64,000 nt of DNA. Source: Aestuariivirga sp. (lineage in GTDB: Bacteria; Pseudomonadota; Alphaproteobacteria; Rhizobiales; Aestuariivirgaceae). Each line of letters begins with the position of its first letter. Positions within the stretch are counted from its first letter, which is position 1. Shown here in pieces: positions 16,603 through 26,475 of this stretch. The position numbers and the translations under genes are program-made. The DNA is taken from positions 54,079-118,078 of the forward strand of contig JAUXUN010000084.1 in the NCBI GenBank assembly GCA_030680855.1. Reading direction: 5' to 3'. The notes under the pieces were generated by a model. The model ran no database searches. It saw only the letters and a program-made list of their open reading frames with translations, and was not told where the DNA came from.

Positions 16603-17612
16603 TGAAAGCCGGGCCCATACTCGAAACTGTTCTGTATGCGGAGGATTTGACCGCCGCACGGCATTTCTATGAAACAGTTCTGGGTCTCACTCTCTATTGG
16701 GAAATCAGCCCAAGATTTGTTTTCTTTCGCAATCGGGAGCAAATGCTTCTGGTGTTCAATCCAAAACTGTCCAGCGCGCAAAATGCTAGCGAGGGTCCGC
16801 CTCCCCACGGGACAACGGGCTCTGGTCATGTCTGCTTTCGCAGCACATTGGCAGAACTTGAGGACTGGAAAAAACAATTCGTGGCCCATGGAATTGCCAT
16901 TGAACGCGATATGGAATGGCCCGATGGCGGAAGGTCAATCTATGTCCGCGATCCCGCCGGAAACTCGGTGGAGTTTGCCGAGAGCCGCATCTGGGACTTG
17001 CCAGAGTTCAAGACTCTCAGAAACCAGAAGATTGTCGTCGCCACCCATAATCAGGGCAAGCTACGCGAGATCAATGAACTGCTGTCGCCTCATGGGGTGA
17101 CAGCCGTGTCCGCAGTATTACTCGGCTTTGATGAACCAGAAGAGACCGAATCCACCTTCACCGGCAATGCCAAGCTGAAAGCCGTCTATGCGGCGGAGCG
17201 TTCGGGGCTTGTGGCGCTGGCCGATGATTCCGGCCTGTGCGTTGATGCGCTGAATGGCGATCCCGGGGTTTATACGGCAAATTGGGCGGGGCCCACGCGG
17301 GATTGGGCCATGGCCATGCGCCTGGTTGAGGAAAAGCTGCAGGCGCTTGGCGCCACAACGCCGGAGAAGCGCCGCGCCAATTTCAATTGCACACTCTGTC
17401 TGGCGTGGCCCCACGGCGAAGTGCAGTTTTTTGAAGGCCGTGTTTACGGCCATCTGACCTGGCCGCCGCGGGGCACACGCGGCTTTGGCTATGACCCCAT
17501 GTTTGTGCCGGATGACGATACGCAAACTTTCGGTGAAATGGATCCGGCGCGGAAAACCTTGATGTCGCATCGCGGCCGTGCCTTCGGAAAGCTTGTCGAT
17601 GCCCTCCTCTAG
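16602..17612 (+). CDS. rdgB: VOC/glyoxalase domain fused to RdgB/HAM1 non-canonical purine NTP pyrophosphatase
   Basis: N-terminal ~135 aa VOC (ILETVLY, GHVCF, SIYVRDPAGNSVEF); C-terminal HAM1 (VATHNQGKLRE, ADDSGL, GFGYDPMF, SHRGRA); one continuous frame. Confidence 0.88.
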   Translation: MKAGPILETVLYAEDLTAARHFYETVLGLTLYWEISPRFVFFRNREQMLLVFNPKLSSAQNASEGPPPHGTTGSGHVCFRSTLAELEDWKKQFVAHGIAIERDMEWPDGGRSIYVRDPAGNSVEFAESRIWDLPEFKTLRNQKIVVATHNQGKLREINELLSPHGVTAVSAVLLGFDEPEETESTFTGNAKLKAVYAAERSGLVALADDSGLCVDALNGDPGVYTANWAGPTRDWAMAMRLVEEKLQALGATTPEKRRANFNCTLCLAWPHGEVQFFEGRVYGHLTWPPRGTRGFGYDPMFVPDDDTQTFGEMDPARKTLMSHRGRAFGKLVDALL

Positions 17613-18750
17613 CGAAGCCTTCGGCATTTACGTCCATTGGCCGTTCTGCAAGGCCAAGTGCCCCTATTGCGATTTCAACTCGCATGTGCGCCACCAGGAC
17701 GTCGATACAATGTCATTCGCCGAGGCGCTGACGGAGGAATTGCGCTGGTTTGCGGGGATTACGCCGGGCCGCACGGTCAGCAGCATTTTCTTCGGCGGCG
17801 GCACGCCATCGCTCATGCCGCCTGCGGCAGTGGCCGAAGTCATTGACCAGATCGCGCAGCTTTGGCCCGTTGCCGAGACGGTCGAGATTACCCTCGAGGC
17901 CAATCCCACCAGCGTCGAGGCCGAAAATTTCCGGGGCTACCGCACGGCGGGGGTGAACCGCGTTTCGGTTGGCGTGCAGGCGCTCAATGAAACTGATTTG
18001 AAGGCGCTAGGCCGCCAGCATACGCCGGATGAAGCGCTGAAGGCTTTCCGTTTGGCGGCAAAGATTTTTCCACGCGTCTCCTTCGACATGATTTATGCGC
18101 GGCCGCAGCAGACAACGGCGCAATGGAAAGACGAGCTGACGCAGGCCCTCGGCGAGCAGGAGGGCCACATGTCGCTCTACCAGCTTACCATCGAGCCCGG
18201 CACCGCCTATTTCGATTTGCAGGCACGCGGCTCGCTCATGGTGCCCGATGAGGACAGCGCCACGGACCTGTTCGAACTCACGCAAAGCCTCACCGAGAAG
18301 CACGGGCTTTCGGCTTACGAAGTTTCAAACCATGCCAGCGAAGGCCAGGAATCGCGGCACAACCTGCTCTACTGGCGCTACGGCGAATATGTGGGGGTTG
18401 GCCCGGGCGCGCATGCGCGCATTGCCGAAGGCGAGAACCGCCGGGCCATCGCCATGGAAAAATATCCGGAGACCTGGCGCAAGCAGGTGAATGACAAAGG
18501 CCATGGCATTGTTGAAGACAACATAGTCCTGCCAGTGGATCAGGCTTCGGAATATCTCATCATGGGGCTTCGCGTCAGCGACGGCATTGATCTCAGGCGC
18601 TATGAAAAATTGCGTGGGGCATCCATGGACCCCAACAAGATTGCCGGATTGAAATCACTGGGCCTCGTCAAGCGTGAAGGCCCGCGCCTGATGGCGACGA
18701 CGCAGGGCCGCCGCCTGCTCAACGCCTTGATCACCGAACTGGCGAACTAG
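17599..18750 (+). CDS. hemW: Radical SAM heme chaperone HemW
   Basis: YVHWPFCKAKCPYCDFNSH, FFGGGTPS, EITLEANP motifs; follows rph-rdgB. Confidence 0.93.
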   Translation: MPSSSEAFGIYVHWPFCKAKCPYCDFNSHVRHQDVDTMSFAEALTEELRWFAGITPGRTVSSIFFGGGTPSLMPPAAVAEVIDQIAQLWPVAETVEITLEANPTSVEAENFRGYRTAGVNRVSVGVQALNETDLKALGRQHTPDEALKAFRLAAKIFPRVSFDMIYARPQQTTAQWKDELTQALGEQEGHMSLYQLTIEPGTAYFDLQARGSLMVPDEDSATDLFELTQSLTEKHGLSAYEVSNHASEGQESRHNLLYWRYGEYVGVGPGAHARIAEGENRRAIAMEKYPETWRKQVNDKGHGIVEDNIVLPVDQASEYLIMGLRVSDGIDLRRYEKLRGASMDPNKIAGLKSLGLVKREGPRLMATTQGRRLLNALITELAN

Positions 18751-18759
18751 AAGGCCAAA

Positions 18760-19419
18760 TCATTTCCTGCCGTAGGCGGCGAGGAATATGCGCACCGCCT
18801 CCGCCGCATGCCGGCGCAGCTCCGCCTGCTTTGGAATGGCTGCGTCTCCCAGCAGCATGGCCCGGTTCAAGGGGTCCGCCATGATCAGCCAGTTGAAATG
18901 GGAGGCTGCAACCCAGGGATCTTCGATCACCAGCACGCGGCGGTCGGCCAGATGTTCGAACAGGGCTGCAAGGGCTGCCACGGCGCGCATGGGGCCGCGC
19001 TCGTAGAGCACCTTGGCCAGATCCGGAAAGCGGCTGACCTCGCCGATCACCAGGCGGCGCAGCTGCATGACATGCGGCGTCAGTACCGCTGTGAGCTGGC
19101 GATAGGCATAGTTGCGGAGATACTCGGCCACGTCGCCGCTGCCGTCGAGTTCGGCCACTTCACTCCGCACGATGTCGCCGGTCTCGTCGGTCATGCTGCT
19201 CACGACCGCGATGAACAGCGCTTCCTTACTGGCAAAATGCTTGTAGACGGTCTGCTTCGAGACTTCGGAAAGGGCTGCGATCTCGTCCATGTTGGTGCCG
19301 AGATAGCCGCCCTTCAGGAAAATTTCCGTGGCGGCATCGAGAATGGCTTTGCGCTTGCGCGCCGAACGGGGCGAGTCACTTCCACCTGCCATCTTTTTCG
19401 CTGCAGCCGATTTCGCCAT
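18760..19419 (-). CDS. TetR/AcrR-family transcriptional regulator
   Basis: AILDAATEIFL..GY.GTNMDEIA....VSKQTVYKHFASKEALF. Start trimmed to ATG 19419. Confidence 0.92.
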   Translation of the reverse strand: MAKSAAAKKMAGGSDSPRSARKRKAILDAATEIFLKGGYLGTNMDEIAALSEVSKQTVYKHFASKEALFIAVVSSMTDETGDIVRSEVAELDGSGDVAEYLRNYAYRQLTAVLTPHVMQLRRLVIGEVSRFPDLAKVLYERGPMRAVAALAALFEHLADRRVLVIEDPWVAASHFNWLIMADPLNRAMLLGDAAIPKQAELRRHAAEAVRIFLAAYGRK

Positions 19420-19462
19420 GAGGCCATCAATTTCCGAGAAAACCCAAAATCCCTGACTCATT

Positions 19463-19512
19463 AGTACTGGACAGTCCAGTTTAATGCAAATACAGTACTG
19501 GACGGTCTAGTT
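19463..19512. promoter_or_regulatory. Tandem palindromic TetR operators
   Basis: ACTGGAC-A-GTCCAGT (19466-19480, perfect) and ACTGGAC-G-GTCTAGT (19497-19511), both preceded by AGT, 31 bp apart, between tetR and its divergent target. Confidence 0.8.
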
Positions 19513-19536
19513 CACAAATTTTCAGGAGACACTGCC

Positions 19537-20382
19537 ATGGCCCGCCCCACCACCCCGTCCACGCTGAAAGTGCCGGGTGCCAGCATTTATTATGAGATAC
19601 AGGGGTCCGGGCCCACCCTGCTGATCATCCCCGGCGGCCCTCAGGACGCCGGCGTTTTTGCCGATGTTACGCGGTGCCTCGCCCGCCACTACACCGTCAT
19701 TGCCTATGACCCCCGCGGTAATTCGCGCAGCACCTTCGACGGCGCGCCCGAAGGCCTGCAGCTTGATGTGCAGGCCGATGATGCGGCGGCGCTGATCAAT
19801 GCGCTCTGCGGAGGAGCAGCCTATGTTTTCGGCACTAGCGGCGGGGCGCAGATCGGACTCAATCTCGCGGCGCGTTATCCGCAGCGGGTGCGCGCGCTGA
19901 TGGCGCATGAACCGCCGAGCATGATGCTGCTGCCCGACCCGGCGGAGGACGTAGCCGCCGCGCAAGAGATCTATGACACTTACGCCCGCGAAGGTGTCGA
20001 CGCGGCGATGCAGAAGTTTTTTTCTGGCAACGGCCTGATGGAGCAGGACGATGCGCCGCCGGAATTCACCATGTCCCCCGAGGCTGCCGGGACATTTGCC
20101 CGGGTCAGCGGCAATTTCGAGCATTGGCTTGCGCATGGCATGATGCCGCTCTCCCTCTACCGTCCCGACGTGGTGGCCTTGCGCGCTGGCAAGCCCCGCA
20201 TCATGGTGGGGATCGGCGAAGGGTCTGCCGGGCAGCCAATCGAGCGCATGGCGCTGGCGCTTGCCGGCAAGCTCGGAACCAAACCGATCGGCTTTCCCGG
20301 CGATCATATGGGCTTTGAACTTCACGCCGAGGCCTTCGCCGAAACCCTGCACCGGGCGTTCGAACAGGAGAAGGAAATCTGA
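19537..20382 (+). CDS. Alpha/beta fold hydrolase
   Basis: IAYDPRGNSRS, nucleophile elbow GTSGG, HEPP, late GDH motif. Confidence 0.88.
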   Translation: MARPTTPSTLKVPGASIYYEIQGSGPTLLIIPGGPQDAGVFADVTRCLARHYTVIAYDPRGNSRSTFDGAPEGLQLDVQADDAAALINALCGGAAYVFGTSGGAQIGLNLAARYPQRVRALMAHEPPSMMLLPDPAEDVAAAQEIYDTYAREGVDAAMQKFFSGNGLMEQDDAPPEFTMSPEAAGTFARVSGNFEHWLAHGMMPLSLYRPDVVALRAGKPRIMVGIGEGSAGQPIERMALALAGKLGTKPIGFPGDHMGFELHAEAFAETLHRAFEQEKEI

Positions 20383-20383
20383 C

Positions 20384-20689
20384 ATGGCCGTGGCGAAATC
20401 CCCAAAGATCGAAATACAAAACGTGATGAGCCCCGGGCATATCGTCCGTGTCGATGCCGACAAGTATGAGGCGATGAAGCGGGCTTTTCTGAAGGTGCTT
20501 CCAAAAAAACCGCCAGGCCTGACGGCGGCGGAAATCGGGGCGGTGATCCTCCCCCATCTGCCTGACGATTTGTTTCCGGGTGGCGCCAAGGCCGGCTGGT
20601 GGAAGAAGGCGGTGCAGCTTGATCTGGAGGCGAAAGCCGTCGTGGCGCGGGAAGACAGCAAACCGCTGCGCTGGCACAGGTTGAGGTGA
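20384..20689 (+). CDS. Small conserved hypothetical protein (DUF6958-like)
   Basis: ATG 20384 after AAGGA; KYEAMK, LP.DLFPGGAKAGWWKKAVQLDLEAK resembles a recurrent small-protein family; directly downstream of the hydrolase. Confidence 0.6.
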   Translation: MAVAKSPKIEIQNVMSPGHIVRVDADKYEAMKRAFLKVLPKKPPGLTAAEIGAVILPHLPDDLFPGGAKAGWWKKAVQLDLEAKAVVAREDSKPLRWHRLR

Positions 20690-21838
20690 TTACTGGGCTG
20701 GTGCTGCGAAACTCGTTGGCGCCTGCTGGATCACGTCGGGGCCGCCGGGGCCCATTTGCAGGATCGCAAGGCCGCGCTCGATCAGGCCGTTCTCGCGGAA
20801 GCGGAACAGGCCGTTTGAGCCCTGGAAGCCCGTGGGGCTGGCAATCCCCACTTCCGACACGTCACCGGTTTTCTGCAGGTTCACGGCAAAGGCCACGGCA
20901 TCATAGGCAAGGCTGGCGATGCGCGGCGGCTTCACGCCGTAGCTTGCCTCGTATTTCTGCTCGAAGGCCTGCACGAGTTGCGGGGCAACGCCCGCATACC
21001 AGCCGCCCTGGGCAATAGGAGTATTGCGGGTGAGCCCGTCATCCCACAGGCCGGTGCCGAGAATTTTCGTGCTGCGCGGGCTGATGCCGTTTCCTTCCAG
21101 AGCCCCGCTGACGGTGCGCAGCATCTGGCCGCCCTCGGGCAGGAGAAGGGCCGAGCCCTGGCCGGAAAGCGACGCGGCGATAACTTGGGCGGGCTGGGTC
21201 ACGGCGGCGGCTTCGCGGGCGTAGCTTTTCGCGGCCACAACGGTGCTGCCTTCGTTGAGCGCCGAACGGGAAAGGGCCTGCTCGATGGCCGCGCCATATT
21301 GCGAGGCGGGATAGAGCAGCGAGATGTTGCGGTAGCCCTTGCCCGCCGCATAGCGCACCACGTTGGAGACTTCCTCATCAGGCAGGAAGCTCATCAGGAA
21401 GGTGCCTTGCGTGGCAACCGAGCTTACCGAGGAGAAAGCAATCACATTTACATTGCGGGCCCGCGCTACAGGGGAGACGGCCTGCACCTCGGTGGAAAGC
21501 AGCGGCCCCAGAATGATGCCGGCCCCTTCATCAAGGGCGGCCTGCGCCGCGGTGCGGGCCATATCAGCCGTGCCGCCTGAATCCTTGATGATCAAAGTGC
21601 CGCCGCCCACATCCTTGACGGCGAGTTGGGCTGCCTGCTGCAGGGCCCGCGCAATATTCTGGGTTTCACCGGGGGCCGAAAGCGGCAGGAGCAGGGCAAT
21701 GCTGGTGGTTACGGCAGGCGGGGTCTGCGGGGCGGCAGGATCATCGCTGAACAGGTCGCCGACGCGGGACATGCCGCCGCAGCCCGCAAGCAAAAGCAGC
21801 AGGAAAACGGCAAGCAGATTTGGCCACTCCCGCCCCAT
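20690..21838 (-). CDS. Penicillin-binding protein activator (LppC/LpoA-like lipoprotein)
   Basis: Lipobox LAGC, IALLLPLS, ILGPL, ASLAYDAVA, F.GSNGLFRF...G..ERGLAI; divergent from rsmI. Start uncertain (21838-21868). Confidence 0.82.
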   Translation of the reverse strand: MGREWPNLLAVFLLLLLAGCGGMSRVGDLFSDDPAAPQTPPAVTTSIALLLPLSAPGETQNIARALQQAAQLAVKDVGGGTLIIKDSGGTADMARTAAQAALDEGAGIILGPLLSTEVQAVSPVARARNVNVIAFSSVSSVATQGTFLMSFLPDEEVSNVVRYAAGKGYRNISLLYPASQYGAAIEQALSRSALNEGSTVVAAKSYAREAAAVTQPAQVIAASLSGQGSALLLPEGGQMLRTVSGALEGNGISPRSTKILGTGLWDDGLTRNTPIAQGGWYAGVAPQLVQAFEQKYEASYGVKPPRIASLAYDAVAFAVNLQKTGDVSEVGIASPTGFQGSNGLFRFRENGLIERGLAILQMGPGGPDVIQQAPTSFAAPAQ

Positions 21839-21890
21839 GACGGCTTGCGCTAGACTCAACTTCTTCACATCGCCACCCCAACGGTATTCA

Positions 21891-22793
21891 ATGACGCCAC
21901 AGACGATATCCACCTCCCGACGCTATAGCATAGGTGCCAGCCAATTCGAGGCGGAAAAATTGGCGTGCGGGCTTTATGTGACGGCAACGCCCATTGGGCA
22001 TTTGGGTGATGTCACGCTCCGGGCGCTATCCACCATGGCCGCCGTTGATGTTCTCTTGTGCGAGGACACACGCACCACGGCCAAGCTGCTGGAACGCTAC
22101 GGCATCCGCACCAGGCTCATGGCCTATCATGAGCATAATGCGGCGAAGGTGCGGCCCGCCATCCTCCGCTCCTTGGGTGAAGGGCAGGCCATCGCCCTGG
22201 TGAGTGATGCGGGCATGCCGCTGGTTTCCGATCCGGGCTACCGGCTGGTGGCGGAGTGCGTGGCCAATAGCATTCCGGTCACCGCAGTCCCCGGCGCTTC
22301 TGCGGTCCTGACGGCGCTGGCCCTTTCCGGCCTGCCCACGGACCGCTTCGCTTTCCTCGGCTTTCTTCCGGCCAAATCGGGCGAGCGCAAAAAGCTGTTC
22401 ACCGAATTCATGGGGGTGAAGGCAAGCCTCATCGCTTTTGAAAGCCCGCACCGGATTGTCGATGCGCTGGGTGATGTGGCGGGCGTGTTGAGCAACCGCC
22501 GGGTAGCCGTGTCGCGCGAGTTGACCAAGCTGCATGAGGAGGTGTTGCGCGGAACGGCCACGGAGGTTCAGGAAATTCTTGCGGCGCGGCCTTCGGTGAA
22601 AGGCGAGATCACGCTGGTCATTGCGCCGCCGGAACAAGGCGCGGTGCAGGCGAGCGCGGAAGATATCGAAGCGGCCATTGATGCGGCGCTTGAAACCATG
22701 CCGGCGGCAAAGGCGGCGGCGGATATCGCCAAACGTTTTGATCTTGCCAGGAAGGACATCTATGCCCGCATCCTGGCGCGTAAAAATGACTAG
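21891..22793 (+). CDS. rsmI: 16S rRNA (cytidine1402-2'-O)-methyltransferase
   Basis: LYVTATPIG.LGDVT, CEDTR, LVSDAGMPLVSDPG, FESPHR, RELTKLHEE motifs. Confidence 0.95.
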   Translation: MTPQTISTSRRYSIGASQFEAEKLACGLYVTATPIGHLGDVTLRALSTMAAVDVLLCEDTRTTAKLLERYGIRTRLMAYHEHNAAKVRPAILRSLGEGQAIALVSDAGMPLVSDPGYRLVAECVANSIPVTAVPGASAVLTALALSGLPTDRFAFLGFLPAKSGERKKLFTEFMGVKASLIAFESPHRIVDALGDVAGVLSNRRVAVSRELTKLHEEVLRGTATEVQEILAARPSVKGEITLVIAPPEQGAVQASAEDIEAAIDAALETMPAAKAAADIAKRFDLARKDIYARILARKND

Positions 22794-23151
22794 GTCGCGC
22801 GCCAAGGCCGAAGCTCACGGCCATTTCGCCGAATTCGTGGCGCTCACCTATCTGCGACTGAAGGGTTACCGCCTGCTGGCCCAGCGTTTCAAGACGCCGC
22901 AGGGCGAAGTGGACCTCATCATGCGGCGGCGCGACGTCACCGCCTTCATCGAGGTCAAGGCGCGCGGCAGCCGCGATCACGGCGTGGAAGCCGTCACCAT
23001 CACCCAGTCCAAACGCATCTCGGCGGCGGCGCGTTTCTGGATGGCGCGCGACAAAATATCCAACCGGAATTTCTGCCGTTTTGACATCGTGGTTGTGAGC
23101 CCCTACCTTTTGCCGCACCATATCGAGAATGCCTTTCCGGGAGACGCGTGA
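22786..23151 (+). CDS. yraN: YraN-family putative endonuclease
   Basis: GEVDLI, FIEVKAR, RFDIV motifs; follows rsmI. Confidence 0.9.
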   Translation: MTRSRAKAEAHGHFAEFVALTYLRLKGYRLLAQRFKTPQGEVDLIMRRRDVTAFIEVKARGSRDHGVEAVTITQSKRISAAARFWMARDKISNRNFCRFDIVVVSPYLLPHHIENAFPGDA

Positions 23152-23154
23152 ACC

Positions 23155-24102
23155 ATGTCGCTCAATGTCGCCGTCCAGATGGACCCGATCGAGAACATCA
23201 CCATCAAGGGTGACTCCACCTTCGCGATGATGCTGGAAGCGCAACAGCGCGGCCACACGCTGTTCTACTACCAGACGAAAACCCTGGCGCTGGCGTCGGG
23301 CATTCTTTCGGCCACCGGCCATGCGGTCAAGGTGCGTGACGAGCTCCCGAAATATTTCACGCTTGGCGAGGAAGAGCGCGTCAGCCTCAGCGACTTCGAC
23401 GTGGTGCTCATGCGCCAGGATCCGCCCTTCGACATGGGCTACATCACCGCAACCCACATGCTGGACCATATCCATCCCACGACGCTGGTGGTGAATGACC
23501 CCACGGAAGTGCGCAATGCGCCGGAAAAACTTTTCGTCCTGAAGTACAAGGAGTTCATGCCGCCGACGCTGATCACGCGCGATGCCTCCGAGCTTGCGGC
23601 CTTCCGCATGCAGCATGAGGACATCATCCTCAAGCCGCTTTACGGCAACGGCGGCGTTGGCGTCTTCCGCATCAGGGGGAGCGACCAGAATTTCTCCTCG
23701 CTGCTCGAGATGTTCAGCCTCACCTATCCGCACCAGCCCTACATCGCGCAGAAATATCTTGCCGATGTGAGGAAGGGCGACAAGCGCATCATCCTGGTGG
23801 ACGGAAAATTTGCCGGCGCCATCAACCGGGTGCCCGCCGCCCATGAGAGCCGCTCCAACATGCATGTGGGCGGAAGGCCGGAGCCGGCGACGCTCACCCG
23901 GCGCGAGCGCGACATTTGCGAGGCCATGGGGCCGGAGCTGAAAAAGCGCGGATTTATTTTCGTCGGCATCGACGTGATCGGCGACCTGCTCACCGAGATC
24001 AACGTGACCTCGCCCACCGGCATCCGCGAGGTAAAGCGCTTCGGCGGGGCGGATATCGCGGCGCTGATCTGGGACGCGATCGAGGAGCGGATGCTAGGGT
24101 GA
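23155..24102 (+). CDS. gshB: Glutathione synthetase
   Basis: [42 protein letters not shown] motifs. Confidence 0.97.
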   Translation: MSLNVAVQMDPIENITIKGDSTFAMMLEAQQRGHTLFYYQTKTLALASGILSATGHAVKVRDELPKYFTLGEEERVSLSDFDVVLMRQDPPFDMGYITATHMLDHIHPTTLVVNDPTEVRNAPEKLFVLKYKEFMPPTLITRDASELAAFRMQHEDIILKPLYGNGGVGVFRIRGSDQNFSSLLEMFSLTYPHQPYIAQKYLADVRKGDKRIILVDGKFAGAINRVPAAHESRSNMHVGGRPEPATLTRRERDICEAMGPELKKRGFIFVGIDVIGDLLTEINVTSPTGIREVKRFGGADIAALIWDAIEERMLG

Positions 24103-24915
24103 GTCCACCGCTGACTTGAATTTTCCGCTTTTCATGTGGTGGACAATAAAGAAGCTGAAGAGCATCAGGCTTGCGATCATGATCACGCCGCTTTCGCCGC
24201 CCACATATTCCAGCACAAGGGCGGACTTGGTCTCCGTCATTTCAGTCATGAGCTCCCAGGCGGTATTGGCCGCCGCATGGGCGATGGCCACGGCCCAGAC
24301 GCTTCCGGTCCACAGCCTGAGGAAACCAAAGAACACGCCGGCAAGGGTGAGCGTCACCAGAAACAGGGGCACCACAAGCAGCGGATTTCCGCTGTTGTGG
24401 TACAAGTCGGTGGCGAGCATGAGCGGCAGATGCCAGACGCCGTGCAGGAAGCCCACCAGCAGCATGGCCGGCACAACGCCGCGCCCCAGCAGGCGCGGCA
24501 GCATGTAGCCGCGCCAGCCGATTTCCTCGCCCAGCGCGAAGAGCGTGCCGATCGCAAGGCCTGTGGAAATCTTGAAAATTGCGAAACCAACGGATCCGCT
24601 CAATTGGGGAGCGGCGAATACGGCAAGTCCGGCGACCGTCAGGATAAAAAGGCCCGCAAGATGGACGACAGCGGGTCCGGCGATGGCGAGCGGCCAGCCC
24701 CTGAATCCGGCGCGGTCAAGGCCGAGCAGCGACAGGACTTTGCGAAGTCCGCCTTCGGGCGCAATCCATGCCAGCATGATCAGCGTCGCAATGGCCGGTG
24801 TCATCATGGTCGCGACAAGATTCACCTCGCCAGGGAACGGCAAGGTAAACGCCACCGCCACGGCAAGCGCCAGCGTGATCGCATAAAAGGTGAAGGCCTT
24901 GCGCGGGTTTTCCAA
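24094..24915 (-). CDS. CPBP-family (CAAX protease-like) intramembrane metalloprotease
   Basis: [27 protein letters not shown] motifs; TTG start. Confidence 0.88.
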   Translation of the reverse strand: MENPRKAFTFYAITLALAVAVAFTLPFPGEVNLVATMMTPAIATLIMLAWIAPEGGLRKVLSLLGLDRAGFRGWPLAIAGPAVVHLAGLFILTVAGLAVFAAPQLSGSVGFAIFKISTGLAIGTLFALGEEIGWRGYMLPRLLGRGVVPAMLLVGFLHGVWHLPLMLATDLYHNSGNPLLVVPLFLVTLTLAGVFFGFLRLWTGSVWAVAIAHAAANTAWELMTEMTETKSALVLEYVGGESGVIMIASLMLFSFFIVHHMKSGKFKSAVDSP

Positions 24916-24930
24916 GGTCAGGGTAACTGG

Positions 24931-25350
24931 CTAGTTGAAAGCCACCACCGCGAACAACACGGCAAGCAGCGCGGAGATGCCGGCCATTGGCCCCAGCCTG
25001 GGAAGGCGCGCGGCGAGCGCCACATTGCCTTTGCGGATTTCCGCATAGGTCATGTGGATGAGGCCGGTGACGATAGTGAGCGAGGCGATGAAGATGGCCT
25101 TCACCCAGAACATTTGCGGCAGGCTGCCGAAGCCATCGAATTTGGTCCACACCAGGATGAGGCCGGAGGCCCAGAGCAGCGCCAGGCCGATGCCCGAGAC
25201 ATTCGCCAGGATCGGCCCAAGGCCCTTGACCACTTTCGCCTCATCGGCTGGCAGCACAAGCGCGCGGCGCATGATCACGGCGCTGGCAAAACCGCCGGCG
25301 GCGCCGAGCATCAGGCCAACTAAATGCAGAAACAAAAGCGCTTCGTTCAT
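24931..25350 (-). CDS. Four-TM hypothetical membrane protein
   Basis: 139 aa, four hydrophobic segments, N-terminal FLHLVG; AAGGGG Shine-Dalgarno. Confidence 0.7.
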   Translation of the reverse strand: MNEALLFLHLVGLMLGAAGGFASAVIMRRALVLPADEAKVVKGLGPILANVSGIGLALLWASGLILVWTKFDGFGSLPQMFWVKAIFIASLTIVTGLIHMTYAEIRKGNVALAARLPRLGPMAGISALLAVLFAVVAFN

Positions 25351-25437
25351 TTCAAATCCCCTTGCTGATGGTTTTTCCCCGGAGGATTTAATACATGAAG
25401 TCCGCTGCGGTGAAAAGACGGCAGCATTGGAGCCAGA

Positions 25438-25698
25438 TTATTCCCCTTCGAAAGGGATTCGCTTGTAAAGCCCCCAGGACTTTGTCCAGCCTTCCGTTTT
25501 CCAGCGGAAAAAGAAATGCAGACAAATCCCTGCGAGGGAAAGCAGAAGGAACAAGAGTCCTACGGCAGCCAAACCCATCCACGCATATACACCAACCGCG
25601 ACCACGAGCAGCACGATGTATTTGACAATGCGAAACCTGCTGGACTGCGCGTGCAGGGCGATATATTTTTCCTTCCTGTAGAAATCTTTGAGGGCCAT
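25438..25698 (-). CDS. Small hypothetical membrane protein
   Basis: 86 aa from ATG 25698 after GAAGGAG; two TM segments. Confidence 0.65.
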   Translation of the reverse strand: MALKDFYRKEKYIALHAQSSRFRIVKYIVLLVVAVGVYAWMGLAAVGLLFLLLSLAGICLHFFFRWKTEGWTKSWGLYKRIPFEGE

Positions 25699-25717
25699 AG
25701 TCTCCCCCTCCTTCGCT

Positions 25718-26005
25718 TCACGCCGCATCTGCTGGGTGAACGCGCTTCTTGATTTCCGCACCATGTTTGCGATCCACAACAGCGATGTCGTACTGGCTTT
25801 GCAGGTCGAGCCAGAATTGGGCGGAGTTGCCGAAGTAGAGCGCCAGCCGAAGCGCGGTATCCGCCGTGATGGAGCGGCGGCTGTTGAGAATATCGGTAAC
25901 GCGCCCCGATGGCACGCCGAGATCGAGCGCAAGGCGGTTGGCACTGAGTTTGCGCGCCTCCATTTCGCGGCGGAGAAGACGTCCGGGATGTATTGCAGGT
26001 GCCAT
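25718..26005 (-). CDS. higA: HigA-family antitoxin (second module)
   Basis: IHPGRLL, LALDLGVPSGRVTDILN.RRSITADTALRLA.YFG.SAQFWL.LQ motifs. Confidence 0.9.
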   Translation of the reverse strand: MAPAIHPGRLLRREMEARKLSANRLALDLGVPSGRVTDILNSRRSITADTALRLALYFGNSAQFWLDLQSQYDIAVVDRKHGAEIKKRVHPADAA

Positions 26006-26008
26006 TGT

Positions 26009-26296
26009 TTACCCCTTGTGATAATCGACAATTTCCACTTCATGGGCGTCACCGTCCCGAAATTCGAAACAGATGCGCCAGCGCGCGTTCACCGTCATGG
26101 CCCATTGGGACTTGCGGCTGCCCTTCAGCTTGTGAAGGCCAACGCTTTTCAACGGGCTCAAGTCATTCAGGCTCTTTGCCACATTGAGAGCTGCCAGCAG
26201 CTCCAAGGCCGTATCTAAATCCATGCCGCGAAAACGGCCGGAGCGCTCGTCGTCCCAGAGTTTTCGCGTTGCCGCATTTCGCCAAGTGCGGATCAT
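26009..26296 (-). CDS. higB: HigB-family toxin (second module)
   Basis: LHKLKG.R..QWAMTVNARWRICFEF..GDA..VEIVDYH. Start trimmed to ATG 26296. Confidence 0.9.
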   Translation of the reverse strand: MIRTWRNAATRKLWDDERSGRFRGMDLDTALELLAALNVAKSLNDLSPLKSVGLHKLKGSRKSQWAMTVNARWRICFEFRDGDAHEVEIVDYHKG

Positions 26297-26302
26297 GGCA
26301 AA

Positions 26303-26331
26303 AACGTAGTACATTTCCCGTTCAATGACAA
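26303..26331 (-). promoter_or_regulatory. sigma70-like promoter of higBA-2, probably leaderless
   Basis: Minus strand: TTGTCA-N17-TACGTT, then 6 nt to ATG 26296. Confidence 0.55.
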
Positions 26332-26416
26332 GGCAGCGTCTGCGGGTATTAGCGAACCAGCCGCGAGCGGGGTCAGATTGGGAAATTGGGCGTAAAAATT
26401 TATTTTCCTACACCCC

Positions 26417-26445
26417 TTGACACGTTCCTATTCTAGGATTATACT
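26417..26445 (+). promoter_or_regulatory. Near-consensus sigma70 promoter
   Basis: TTGACA (26417-26422), 17-bp spacer, TATACT (26440-26445). Confidence 0.75.
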
Positions 26446-26475
26446 CCTCTTCGAACTGTTCCAAAGGAGGGGACG

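Noticed and set aside
26417-26470. Alphaproteobacterial LexA box (GTTC-N7-GTTC) upstream of the orphan operon and comM
   Set aside because: GTTC and GAAC half-sites occur, but not with the required 7-bp spacing.
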